Below are positions 38,301-49,723 of a stretch of DNA of 64,000 bases, piece after piece. The position numbers and the translations under genes were made by a program. The stretch's first letter is position 1; each line of letters starts with the position of its first letter. The notes below the pieces were generated by a model, which saw only the letters and a list, made by a program, of their open reading frames with translations, was not told the origin of the DNA and made no database searches. Origin of the DNA: Amoebophrya sp. A120 (lineage: Eukaryota > Protista > Dinoflagellata); the NCBI GenBank assembly GCA_905178155.1, contig CAJINV010000007.1:3924265-3988264 (forward strand), given 5' to 3'.

Positions 38301-40645
38301 ACACGTAGACTACTGTTCTGTTTGAGCCAGGACAATTCGTGTTACGAATTCTTCCTTTTTTCCCTACCTGAAGTTGTCACTAGAAAGATGGCGCAGTTTT
38401 AGATTCTATCCAGCGCAGCTCGGATTTCTTTGGACTTCTGCACGACCCATGTAGGCGGGACAAGGGCGCCGTGGCGTTGTAGTTCTTTTCTTGTGCAATG
38501 TTATAACAAAATCTGTGGGCGCTTTTCTACCGCGCAGTGAAGTATCACGCAGTCTTCTACGTGATTTCTTCGAGTGACGCGGACAGACTGGAACTGTGTA
38601 AGAAACACATCTTCTCTATCATCCAGAAATGATCTGGGAGGGCATAGTAATTTGTAAATACGTAGAGCGAATCCATGCATGGGCAGACGAAGATCTCTCA
38701 AGGGGCTCGCCCATAGCAGGCTGTCGCTTGAGAGATGCCGCGGCACAGATTAGTACTTTTGTGTATTTATTTTAGCGCCCTGCCAGCTTTTTTCTGACTC
38801 ATATTCTCCCTGCTCTACGAGGAGGAGCTTCGGGAGGCGCCGTATCCTCTGCAAAAGTGTTGTAATCGTTGTACTAATTGCAGCACAGCGTAGCAGAGCA
38901 TGGTCTGGTTTTCATTTTCTAACTTTTTCATCATTACAAATTCCATTCTTTCTTCTGAAAAATTGCAAAAATGCAATTTTTTTCCGATAGTAAGTACGAT
39001 GTTTTTGCAAAAATGCATACGCTGTTAGTAATCCTGATCAACAGTCGCAAGGAGAATCCGTATGATGTTTCTCGGGTATGGATGTGTCAGGATTGAAATC
39101 GACAAAGTTGAAATAAACTCTAATGCATAAAATGGATGAAAGTTGTGGCTCAGTTTGTAAGTGGCGCGTGACAAATTTTGGTAGAACCGAAATCCAGTCT
39201 GTCATGCTGTTTGGGTAAGGAGGGCGCCTTCTGTCATGCTACTTTAGCAGCTCAGTTTCTACCCCTTAACAGGCTTAGTTACAATCTGCCTCACTTGCCT
39301 ACTCTACAAGACAGGCACTTTGATGAGGACTGCATTTTATTACGCAGTGGAAAATCTTCCACTGGCCCCGTTTTTCCACAAATTGACAAAAAAAAAAGTC
39401 AACGCGAGTCCTCCGGTGGTTGCTGATGTTCTGCGTCCGCTTCATTTACTCCGAGAGCTTCTCCTGGCCACACATCGGCGCTCTATGATATGTCGCGCAA
39501 ACTCTGAGCCAGCTAGTGGCGCGCGGCGCCATTTTTGGGGCGCCTTGTCCGAGGGCCCCGAGGCCTTTTCCCGATCGCGCGCGCCCCTTAGCCTCGCACG
39601 GGGCGCGCAAAAAAGGACTTGGCCAGGCCTCGCGTTCTTGGCAGGGCTGGTCGCCGGCGACCCCGGAGACCTCTGCTGGACACTCACGAGAAAATCGCGC
39701 GAATTTGACCCGGTTCGGGACGGCCAAAAACGCAACAAAATCGGCCGACTCAGGTCCTTATTCCAAAACATCCACAAGACGCGAAAAATTTCGCGAGACC
39801 CCTGGGGGAGACTAACCAGGCGAGGGCGCGGCGGCCCCTCTCGGTTGTTCGCTTTCGCCGCCTAAGGCGCCGACCCCTGGCGCGCCGAAGTGCCGCGCGC
39901 CGGCTTGGGGCTTCCCGGATGTGGCAAATTGTTGAGCCCGCCGCGCGTCCCGGGCCGCCCGGAGCGCGCGCCCCCTTAAGCATGTCGCCCGGCGGCACTT
40001 TTGCGCCCCCGAGGCCGCGAGATGGAGATCAGCTTGGAATGCCGGAACCGAATGCCGCCAAGGGAGTTCCCCACTATGCGACACATATTTCAAAAAAAAA
40101 ATTGCACTTTGTGGAAAAGCGGGGCCAGTGGACACTTTTCTCTAACGTATTTATGCATGACAGGCTATATTTCAACTTTGACGCTTTCGTCAAACCTGAC
40201 GCTTCCATATCGGGACGCTTTTTATTACGAGCTCGAGTTGTACAAGCTCCCGCCGAACCGCGTGCAGAAATTCGCTTTCGATTTTTCCGCGATCAAGGGC
40301 CCGCGGGATCCGAACATAACGCAAGTCTTGGACTTCGTGCGAAATAAGGACAAGTATGGACGAGAAAAAAGAAGCGCCATTCCATTCTTGGCATCACACT
40401 TGCTACAATTCACTTGGACTTGGAGCATTCGGATTGTTGTATACTTGCATGAAGGAATTCGAGTTGAAAGTTTTTGTTTTCGTGCATGGGTGCATAAGTA
40501 TGCATTTTTGTTCTTTTGCTATGTGGAAAAAATGCCCAAAAGCAAAACTGATTGCTGCGATGCTCGAGATGTAGTTGTTGCTTTTTTCTTGCATAGCAAA
40601 TACCCAAGTGTCAATACGCTGGTGGCGGACCTAGAAAAAAAATAA
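35322..40645 (+). CDS. Divergent Arf/Arl-like small GTPase (about 10 exons)
   Basis: MAALFKQCFSAQD-FTQVLLIGLGGVGKSTLMQR-LK (G1), FGLWDIPS (G3 position), FYRAVKYHAVFYVI, LYEEELREAPLVILINSRK (G4 position), ...VLDFVRNKDKYPSVNTLVADLEKK*. Confidence 0.7.
35360..36405. mobile_element. Long fold-back introner, family G (1046 bp)
   Basis: 48-bp TIR TATGGGATGGACTCCACCATTCACTTAAAAAACATTCAAAAAACTTGG (2 mismatches), TSD CAGGA, internal 31-bp IR at 35534-35564 / 36215-36245. Confidence 0.93.
36473..36795. mobile_element. Introner, family F, copy 1 (323 bp)
   Basis: TIR core GAAAAATCCCCCCTCCCCATATCGAAA, TSD GCGCC. Near-identical to 47878-48277. Confidence 0.95.
36849..37245. mobile_element. Introner (eroded TIR)
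   Basis: TSD GGCAG, TAC...ATA ends. Removal gives STLA-DLRQYK. Confidence 0.7.
37270..37423 (+). repeat. Tandem duplication (2 x about 75 bp) at an intron 5' end
   Basis: ATGGGAYGGCTATGGAAGAACAGAT...GTCTCGTCTCTGTGATGCAGAAAC starts at 37270 and again at 37345. Confidence 0.9.
38843..39019. mobile_element. Introner (D/H-like ends)
   Basis: TSD CGCCG/CGCTG. TATCCTCTGCAAAA ... TTTTGCAAAAATGCATA. Confidence 0.7.
39077..40209. mobile_element. Introner, family A, host of a nested element
   Basis: TSD TCGGG (39072-76 / 40210-14). Removal gives PYDVSR-DAFYYE. Body homologous to the 57482 element. Confidence 0.92.
39341..40149. mobile_element. Nested TIR element (TACG.. family, 809 bp, GC-rich)
   Basis: About 45-bp imperfect TIR (TCCACTGGCCCCG.TTTTCCACAAA core), TSD TTTAT (39336-40 / 40150-54). 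Confidence 0.9.
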
Positions 40646-43600
40646 TATAGTGTTTGCTTGGAGGGGTTTCACTTTGCTTGCGACAAGCCTAACCTCGTTA
40701 TTGCTTTGTTCTCAACTAATTTTCTTCTTCCATCATGCTTGATGATGAGTCTCCGGCTTCGGGCTCATTCCAAAAAACGGAAATCCATGCCAAAAACGTA
40801 GGCACTCACGAAGATGAGGTGAGCACACTGTAGTGCTGAGCTGCTCCGCGCTAGTGCTAGATGAGGCTTGCTCTTGCGTCACTCGTGATAGTTCATAGTG
40901 CATTCTTGATGCAAAGGTTCTTGTTTCTGGTTTTTGTTTTGTGTTGTCATGATGGACTTTTGGGCTTGTGTTCCGTGTCGGGTGAGTTGTATTGTAAGGC
41001 TCGAAGACTTCAACGCTGACTTGAATTGCAGTGACCTTTTTCTACCACAAGCACGCCGCACTAAGAAAGTATTCAGCTGCACAGCTAAATATACAACAGA
41101 ATGGCTTGATATTTGAAACACGACAACCGCGATTTGAACTGTGCTTTCCTATGTTAAGCGGCCTAATTGCGCTTAATTTTTCAGTATGGCACCGTGTAAC
41201 TGGCTACTTGAAAGAACAAAATAATAGTGTGACGACCAGATATGACTAAGAGGAAGGTGACAAAAACAAAAAATCAGATCGAGATCGTCGAGCAAAATCA
41301 TGTGAAAGAGTGAATCGAAGTAGACTCTTGCATTTGTCTATAGTGGCATCCTGTTTCTTTTTATGACTTCGCCAGCATTAGCATACATAGCATATTATCT
41401 AATGATGGTCGCACCACTCTTCATCAGCGAACTAAGTCTTTGTGTTGTGAAAGATTTGTGAATTAACTTTTCCAAGAGGCGCCGCTGGGTGCTTATTTTA
41501 TTTGCTTTTTTGCGTGATTCAGATTCACCTGTGCTTTAACTTGACAAAATTCTCACGAGTTGTACTGGCTAGAGCTAGGAGTCCTTGGACGGAGGACTAG
41601 GACAGCAAGACGAAGAACGGAACAAGTTGTATTGTTCCTATTCCTTTGTAAAATTGCAGTAGACGAGCCGATCTCGGCTGCTCTTACTATACCTATTGTC
41701 GTGCCCGTGCACCAGTAGAAACATAAGACGAATTACCTATAAAGTTTTGCGATAGTACCACTACCATCAATTGATGCTGGGTCACCAACTAGTTTCTTCT
41801 TTCTAATAGCAATAAATTAAGGCTTCGAGTTCGATCACGACAAGTTGTATTAGTAGGAGAATGTCTATCAGCAGAGCAAAGCGAACAAATATTTTTAAGT
41901 ATCAAAACGAAGCAGTAGTTGCGCAGTGAATTCATCTCCTCCGTAGTTTCTGATTCTGTGCGCAGCAGCATGTTGACAGAGTTCCGAGGAGCATATCACC
42001 TCCCGCACAGCAAGATGATGACGTCCTCACGAGAGAGTTTTTGAAGACCCAGCCGTCTACGACTGTGAGGGGCTACTTGTAAATGTATTTACAAGTGGGA
42101 CACAAGAAGCGGGAGGAAGCTGCGTCAGCACGATAAGCTCCTCGCGTTGGAGGTCAACTTGGACGGCGACGGTCATCCGTCTTTTCGCGGGCCCAGCCAA
42201 GTAAGTAGAACGCAATCACCCGCAACAGGTGGAGCCAGCAACTTCGCCGCACAAGAACTCCTCCTGGCTGGTATTTGGGTGGTGGACATAAAAAAAAACA
42301 GAGCTACAAGGTGCAAAGCCAGAAGATGTTGAACTGAGACAGAATTCGAATTGCGCCGCGTCGTGCACGTACTGCTCATCACTCATCTCGACGAGGAAGA
42401 GCGGGAGCAACTACAGCGGAAAAAAAAATACTTTTGAATTGTAGTCGCAACTTCTACAGCCGTCGTGCTGTCAGGCTTCTAGGTTCGTGAGTTCTTGCGC
42501 TGGGAGACCCAAGTTGGAGGTTGGACCCTCCACCTTCAGCGTCAGTGAAGAACGCCACACGAGGTGGACCTCCTCCGGGAAAATAAAAGAGCTCATCTTG
42601 CACTACACGGCGCCCTCTTTCAGTGCGGCTTGCTTCTGGCCTGTGCTCCTGTGCAAATAAATCTACCGCCAGAGGAGCCGTCGCGGTTGTCATCATCTAC
42701 TTCGCTCAGCACAGCCAAATCGGCGGCATTCGTCCAAGGCCTAGAAAATATTCGCTGCGCTGTTCTCTCGTCGAGGATCCAATCTGCTGCTTGTACCTGC
42801 TGTTGCAGAACACCAGCGTGAACAACATCAAGAAGCCTGAACGGAAGAAGAAGGGAGAGCAACAAACTACATACCGGCATTTGGTTATATAATTTTTCGC
42901 GCGGACATCATAATGCAAAGCATCCACAAGAACAGGCTCGTGCAGCAGCGGCCTTGCGCGTCTTCGTGACTAGTAGTACATACCAGCTCTCGACGTCCTG
43001 ATCTCGTTACCTCCTTCTTACCCCGTTCATCGAGAAGAAGACAGTAGGTCAGGACCAGTAAATTAGTGGCAGCTGCGTTCTTCTTCCGGAGTCCGCAGCA
43101 CAGTCCTCGGCACGCACCTTCTTCACGACCTTGGTTGGTCTTGGCATCTCCGAGAAGCCCGGCCTAGCCTTGTGTCGAACGCGAACCACGAGCAGTACTA
43201 GGCACTACAAAAAAACGGTGAGCTTGCCAAGAGCCATGCCGGCGACGACCCTATCATACTTTTCCAAAAATATTACCAGAGCTACATCACACAGAACAAG
43301 AACCTGCTCTAGCTCTACCTCCACCGCATCGCAGCTCTCGTGCGCAATAGAGCAAACCACGCCTAATTGCGAAAAAGTAGATCCAGCTGTTTTTAGGGGC
43401 CGAAACGTCAATACAGTAGTCACAGCACAACTACCTGTGAAGACGGAAGCAGTAGCAGTGATTTTGAACAAGGCAGCAGCACGAGGACATCACCTTCAGA
43501 GGAGCTACAACCGGCAAGGACAAAACCGGCTAAGGAGGAGGAACCAACTCGCTGTGACTGGAAAAACAACAACCAGCAGGCCGAGAACTACAGGAAGTAG

Positions 43601-44859
43601 AGCTGCTGGAACACTGGGAACAAGAAAAGCTGCAAGAAGCAGAATTTTCCTCTCGTCCACCTCGGTAGGAACTCAAAAGCAAAAGTTCGTTTCAGACAGT
43701 ATCAACAACTGGTTGAGCGAGCAGCTTGTTTGCTACAAGTGGTGGCTGTACAGCAGTTCCTCATCTTGCGACGCTAGTTCTTGTCGTACTCTGAGTTCTT
43801 GTTTTTGTTCTCCACGCCCTGGCGACCGCGACCAGCAGCACACAGCATCCACTACATTGTTGTCCCCCGCAAGAACGACGAAGAGCCATCACCTTGTCCT
43901 CGTCACCCCCTACTCTTCATCATCAGTTTGACAACCACGACTAGTATCGAGCAACCTCTTCCTGAATGTCAATAACAGCCAGCTCTGCGTTGATTTCAGG
44001 AACCAGTGGCGGCAAGATGAACGTGCTCAACGGCATCTTGACCGACTTGTACATGGTCTTTCTCCTCCTCGCCATATGGGAGCTCATCTTCGGCCATGAC
44101 TTGCTCTTCCAGCCCGCGCGGGTCGCACTCGTCGCCATCACTGTGGTATCAAGTAACGTACTGCTTCAAAAGATGCAAAGAGCCTTTGTGGCATCTGATG
44201 GAAATAAACGCTGTGGTAGGGAATTGTGCGTGACATCAAGTCCAGAAGCGTTGATGTAAGTAGCTTCACCTTCATCATGTGCGGCAAATTATGCGTCAGC
44301 TTTGTTTTCCATATCGATATCAGGTACTCCTGTTTGCGATTCCCTATCGCAGCTTGACAAGTAGCTCAACAGAAAACGCCGGCGCTGTGCAGAGTATGTG
44401 TGCGAATTTTTGAGTCATGGGTGGTCATTGTGATTCGGCGTGCAGCTAGATAATTGCAACAGCGTGGTCGTGTGGCATGTTGATAGCCATAGTCTCATTT
44501 CGCCATGAGTAGAGAGGACGAGGCAACAAGAAAGTGAACAAGGAAGACGTCAGAATTCGGTTCAAGTTACGGCCAAAATGTTGAAAATAGAATTGGTCCG
44601 CACGTGTTGATGTACTAGTTGTACCAAAACTAGCATCGGGACACAGAGTTTTTAGCTGCGCGCCGCAAGAACTTTTTGCCCTAATGTCTCAACTTTCAGC
44701 CGCATAGTGTGGAGAAGGCCTTTCCAGCAGCAGACTGCACAGGGGCTTCCCAGGGTAGAAAAGACCACGAAAACCGGCAGCATAAATGGACTCGAGTACT
44801 TACTTCTTACGCAATATATTTTTGAAATTAATATCGCAGTTGAGTTCGTGTTCGCTCTA

Positions 44860-47800
44860 ATGGGTGATCCTCTTCCAGGATTTTATGTTTGCACTTCCTT
44901 TATGATGTATAAAGTGACACTGCAACAAGAGGAACAGAACTACTTATTGTGGGTAGAATTTATATGTAGTCATGGCATAGTAGGTAGAGTAGTACTGGCA
45001 CGACCATATTTTTAGAATGACAAGAAAAAGATAATATGATGAGAAGTAATATCTAATGCTACATACGAACAGGTATGCAAGTAGCGAAATGCAGGGCTGG
45101 CGACCCGCCATGGAAGACGCCGCCTGCGCTGAGGACTTCTCCGGCAGCGGAATTTCCTGCCTGCAAGATTGGGCTTTTTTCGGGGTCTTCGACGGGCATG
45201 GAGGTGTCTACTTACGATATACATATAGGCCTTAAAAAATGCATCTCTCCGACAATGAATTCGCTTCAAAATTTGATTTTGAGCTCAAATCTGTAAAAGA
45301 AAATCTTAGATAAAAAAAAATCACGGACGTCGGAACAAGAAAAATTCGAATGAAAGTATCATCTACTTATTTATCAGGTGCCGCCGTCTCAAGAAGGATA
45401 AGCACGGAGTTGCATGGCCACTTTTGCGACATAGTAAAGAGGAAATATAGCAACGCAAGCAGCAGCATAGAGCCCGAGCAGGTGAAATACGCCCTGGGAG
45501 AAGCGTATTTACGAGTTTTCTTTTTGGTTTTCTGCTCGACCTCTCCCCGTCATTTCATCGTATTTTTGGATAGCAGTGGGTCATGATGATGTAGTTCGAT
45601 TTATAGAATACGTCGAGCATCAATTTATATATGTATTCGAGGTTGGTTAAGTTTAAGTGGCTATCTTTCAGATAAAAAATTTGTGGATGATTTATGACAT
45701 TTACCACCTGAAAACAGATTCGCGATGATGGACTTGGCACTTCGAAGAGAGAGTGTCAACGGCGAATTTTATGGCATCAGAAACGAATATGAGTGGGGGT
45801 GTTGCTATCTCGCGTTTGCTTATCACACAGAAAAAAACTAGCATATCCATGTCATTTTTGTTGTGCAAACAAAATCAATACACAAGGAAAATCTGTGCTG
45901 CAATGCTCACTCCATCATGATCTACTTCATTATTATCATCATTCATGGTGGTTTGCAGAACCGAGCTTGCACACGGCCAGTGAGTTATGCGAGTCGCAGA
46001 CTAAAACAACAGCAGAAAAAAAAAAACGCCCCTTTTTATAATTCCGTCCTGCTTGCATACCTGTGATTTCGTAGGCTCCACCGGCATTGTCGTGGTGTTG
46101 AGCGGGCGCGATCTCGTCTGTGCCAATGTGGGAGATAGTCGAGCACTCCTGGCCCGGGACAACAAGTGTCTCTCCTTGTCTGAAGATCACAAGCCCGAGA
46201 TGCCACAAGTAAGATTGGTGTATGTACTTATTTTGCTGTCGGTTCATTGGAGGGCGCCATGCTACTTCACTAGAATGATGAAGGTATGAACGGGATAAGG
46301 ATAACTCGGACGTGCACCTTGCAACCTAGGGGTTTCCTGTGTGTGTTGGACGACGCTCCAGAAAGTTTGAGTTGAGTATAACGCTGGCACGATCTTCATA
46401 GTCACGACGTCGCATCGCGACGATTCCGTTCAACATACAGCAACTAGTACTTAAGTACTTCGAAATATTACCAGGAGCGCAAACGAATCGAGAAAGCAGG
46501 CGGCAGCGTGGCACAAATAGGACCCTGCTACCGTGTGGACGGCTGGGGCTTGAACCTCTCTCGTGCCTTTGGCGATTTCCACTACAAGGGCAGGCCAGAC
46601 TTGTTATGAGAGAACACAACTTGTTCCCTTCCTCATTTGTCATGCAAAAACCTAAATTCACTATCACTCATCTTCCTCCGTTCTTACCAATTTTTGCATA
46701 GCATGTTCCGCACCAGCAGACCAAAGAAACTAACAGCATCTTAGTCTACTTGCCTGAATTTGTTACGCAAAACAACAAGCTCGGCTCTTGCCGACGCTTG
46801 TGTTACAGCTGTTCGTGCATGATTGCGCAGGGGTGGAGGGGGAGTTGTGCATTTTCATACTCGGAGCCGTGGGAGCAGAAGGTCTCTGCGGAGCCGGAAA
46901 TCCGGATTTTGCCCCTCCATGCTAGTACCGACAACTACCTCGTGCTCGGATGTGTATCCGATCGACATACAAATGCATTTCAAGAAAACCTCAGCTGTTT
47001 TTCCTTCTGTCTGAAAGATGCACCATGAGCAGCTGCTTTGCTAGTACTTTGATATTTTTCATAAAAACTTTTGTTGATGCCGCCAATATAATAAATTGCA
47101 TTGAATCTACTACGTAATTTTTCTTCTGCATATTGACCTTGTCCAATGTTGGGTACGCAGCAAGTCAGATTTTTTTTGTTGACACGACTGGGCTGCGTGT
47201 TGAAATGAAAAGTTTGCTTGCATACCCTGACGGAGTGTTTGAGCTGCTGAAGAACCAGGATGTCATAGATTTCGTACAGAAAGTGATCCTTTTTCCTTTT
47301 TTTTGTATGTCAAAAAATGCGGGCATAGTACCCGGCTAATGTGCAACTTATTTTTCGATTTCATTGATGTGAGTAGATTGCAACATTATGATTATCGTAT
47401 TGTATTTCGGTGCAGGTACATTGATGGCATGTTACTATTTTGGTTCATACAACCAGGTCTGCGAGACAACGCGCGACGGCTCGTCTAGCATCTCACAAGT
47501 GGTTGAATCGCTGCTAGACCAGTGCATTTCGCCGAATTTGCTGGTCACGCAAGGAATATCAACTGCAATTATGTCTGGGTCTCGAAGAATGCAATGGTTT
47601 TCATTTGTGTTTTGCATGGCCCATGATGCCTGTAATGCATGGCCTAGCGTCACAGATTAGATTTCACCCAAGAAGGCTTCCTGATGCCTATTCCGCATGG
47701 CAAATGCCCTCCCCGCGTATTACAAACTTGGCTCCTCTTGTTGGTCATGCGATGCAAATATTTTTAGAATCCAAACACAGCAGCACAAGGTGCAACCTTC

Positions 47801-48488
47801 CAGACCCAGACATACTATTTGCAATGCATACGGAAAGGGCGGCGACAACGTGAGCGCGATCGTGATTCGGCTGGAAGTATCAAAAGAAAAAATCCCCCCT
47901 CCCCATATCGAAATGGAAATCTGTGATGCAGGATTTGGGTACACAAATCGGATTTGTCTTGCAGTAAGGCATCGCAGCCAGATCCTCGGCCTAGGTAGGG
48001 GCGTATAGGTCTAGTTGCTTAGCATTGCAAACGGGTGTCCCCTAGGCGCAACAGCATGCCAAATCGCTTCCATAATGGTGCGGAAGCCTCTCCGCGTGTC
48101 TTCTTGCAAGACAGGCGTGATTTGTGACCTCAAATCAGCAACGGACAGGCGTGTTGGGGGTGAGGGACCCCCAACGAGGCCTGCGGATATCATGGGGAAC
48201 TAAGGCTCAAATCAGCAACGCGAATTTTCGGAAACATACCTTTTCGATATGGGGAGGGGGGATTTTTCCTCTCAATAGGAAGGGGCAATAGGCACTACAG
48301 CGACAGCGACAACAAATACGACGGGCACCTCCGCCGGAGGGGACAAAAGCGACGGAAAAGTCATAAACAGAACAAGCACGACCTCATATCCTACAGAACT
48401 ACCGATACCCATAGAAGTGCCCCAGAGTCTTGTGCTGCGGATTTGCAATTATTTGCATGCCCACAGCCACAGCCCGGTGAACGTATAA
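44860..48488 (+). CDS. Protein phosphatase 2C (PPM family)
   Basis: MQGWRPAMEDA, FFGVFDGHGG, GSTGIVV, CANVGDSRA, LSEDHKP, ERKRIEKAGG, LNLSRAFGDFHYK, VSAEPEI, LVLGC-DGVFE, GGDNVSAIVIRL. Start codon tentative. Confidence 0.93.
46605..46859. mobile_element. Introner, family B
   Basis: TATGAGAGAACACAACT..CCTCATTTGTCATGC / GGAGTTGTGCATTTTCATA. Diverged TSD CTTGT/CTCGG. Confidence 0.85.
47557..47830. mobile_element. Introner, family D/E
   Basis: TSD AGGAA/CGGAA. ATGTCTGGGTCT / AGACCCAGACAT IR. Removal gives VTQG-KGGDN. Confidence 0.88.
47878..48277. mobile_element. Introner, family F, copy 2 (400 bp)
   Basis: TSD GGAAG. Near-identical to 36473-36795 plus a 77-bp insertion. Confidence 0.95.
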
Positions 48489-49723
48489 CCTTAACGACGT
48501 CTTATATGCGGACTTACTTGTTCCTTTTCCACCGGGTCCGGGATTTATTTGACTCCTGTTTGCGTCTGGCGATTAGAACTGCTCTAATTCCTTCAACATG
48601 AGTTGTGCCAGGATCATGTTTAAAAAATTATAGGGCTTGTTTGACTTTTCACCTCAAGAACTCTAGGCTCGACTAATATAGTGGCGAACAATCTTCATGA
48701 TCTTCACAACAGTTTCAGGGTTCGTGCAGCGAAGTTTGCAAAACTGTCAGATTCATCGCGCGTTCTGATCTTGACTTCGGGGTGGGTACGTTTTTGCACA
48801 GGATACCTGATCCGGAGGCGGGGCTAAGGAAGACGACGGCGGTGCGGGGATAACGACCACGGGGGGCGGCGCTGCAGCTCCGCTCGGGTCGTTGGCCGGC
48901 GCGTCAGACGGAGGGGGGCGGAGTAAAGATGCCTGAAACCGAAAGTGCCGGGCTCTACTAGCGCCACATTATAATATGTTGTCCGTCTGCTTTTTACCCT
49001 TTTTTTTCTCAAAGTCAAAGAAAAACATACTTTTTCACGACACCGATGAAAGCGATTCAATTATAGTTGTAGTATCAATCTAGAAAAGTTTTCGCAGTAG
49101 TAGCTAGGTAGTAGACTTTAGATAGCAGAATTTTTTAGAGAAGAAACGCACGGGGATCTCGAAAACATAGGCGCTCGTCGAAAATTGGCGGAACTAATAG
49201 GCCGAACAGGTGCCCCCGTACGAAATTCGTTGTTGACTAGCTGCTACTTGAAAATGTAGCGGCGCACCCGTACCGCTGCAAGTTAGTCAAGGCGGACGAG
49301 CAGACCTCGGGCCTTTAAAACAAACGCACAAGCACATGCCATTCACCTCCTCTTCTATACATTGTATACGACGTTGTACAACTTCTTTCTCAGCCGATTG
49401 CGATAAGAATAGCTCTCTGGAGAAAAGCGGTGAAAAATTCCCTGACTCCAGCCCACCTGTGTGATGAATTGTATCAGTATCAAATGACCGATTTATTACT
49501 TCAGAGCTCTCCTCTTTTCGGAGTCGGATTTTTTTGAACATCGAAGCAGACCTTGATCTTCGCAGATTCGCATCAATATAATTCAAGCAGTTTTCCGCAT
49601 ACCATTGATTAGCCAGAGGCCAGTGCTATCGAATGAGTGACGACATATTCTATTACCGCCCATTGTCCCAACCCGCCATGACCAGGCCCTCCGTTGAAAA
49701 CTAGATGCGCAGGAGCAATAACT

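Noticed and set aside
36342-48203. Repeated peptides such as KIPPPHIEMEICDAGFGY or MTVHNS as a small protein family
   Set aside because: They are translations of repeated introner sequence, not genes.
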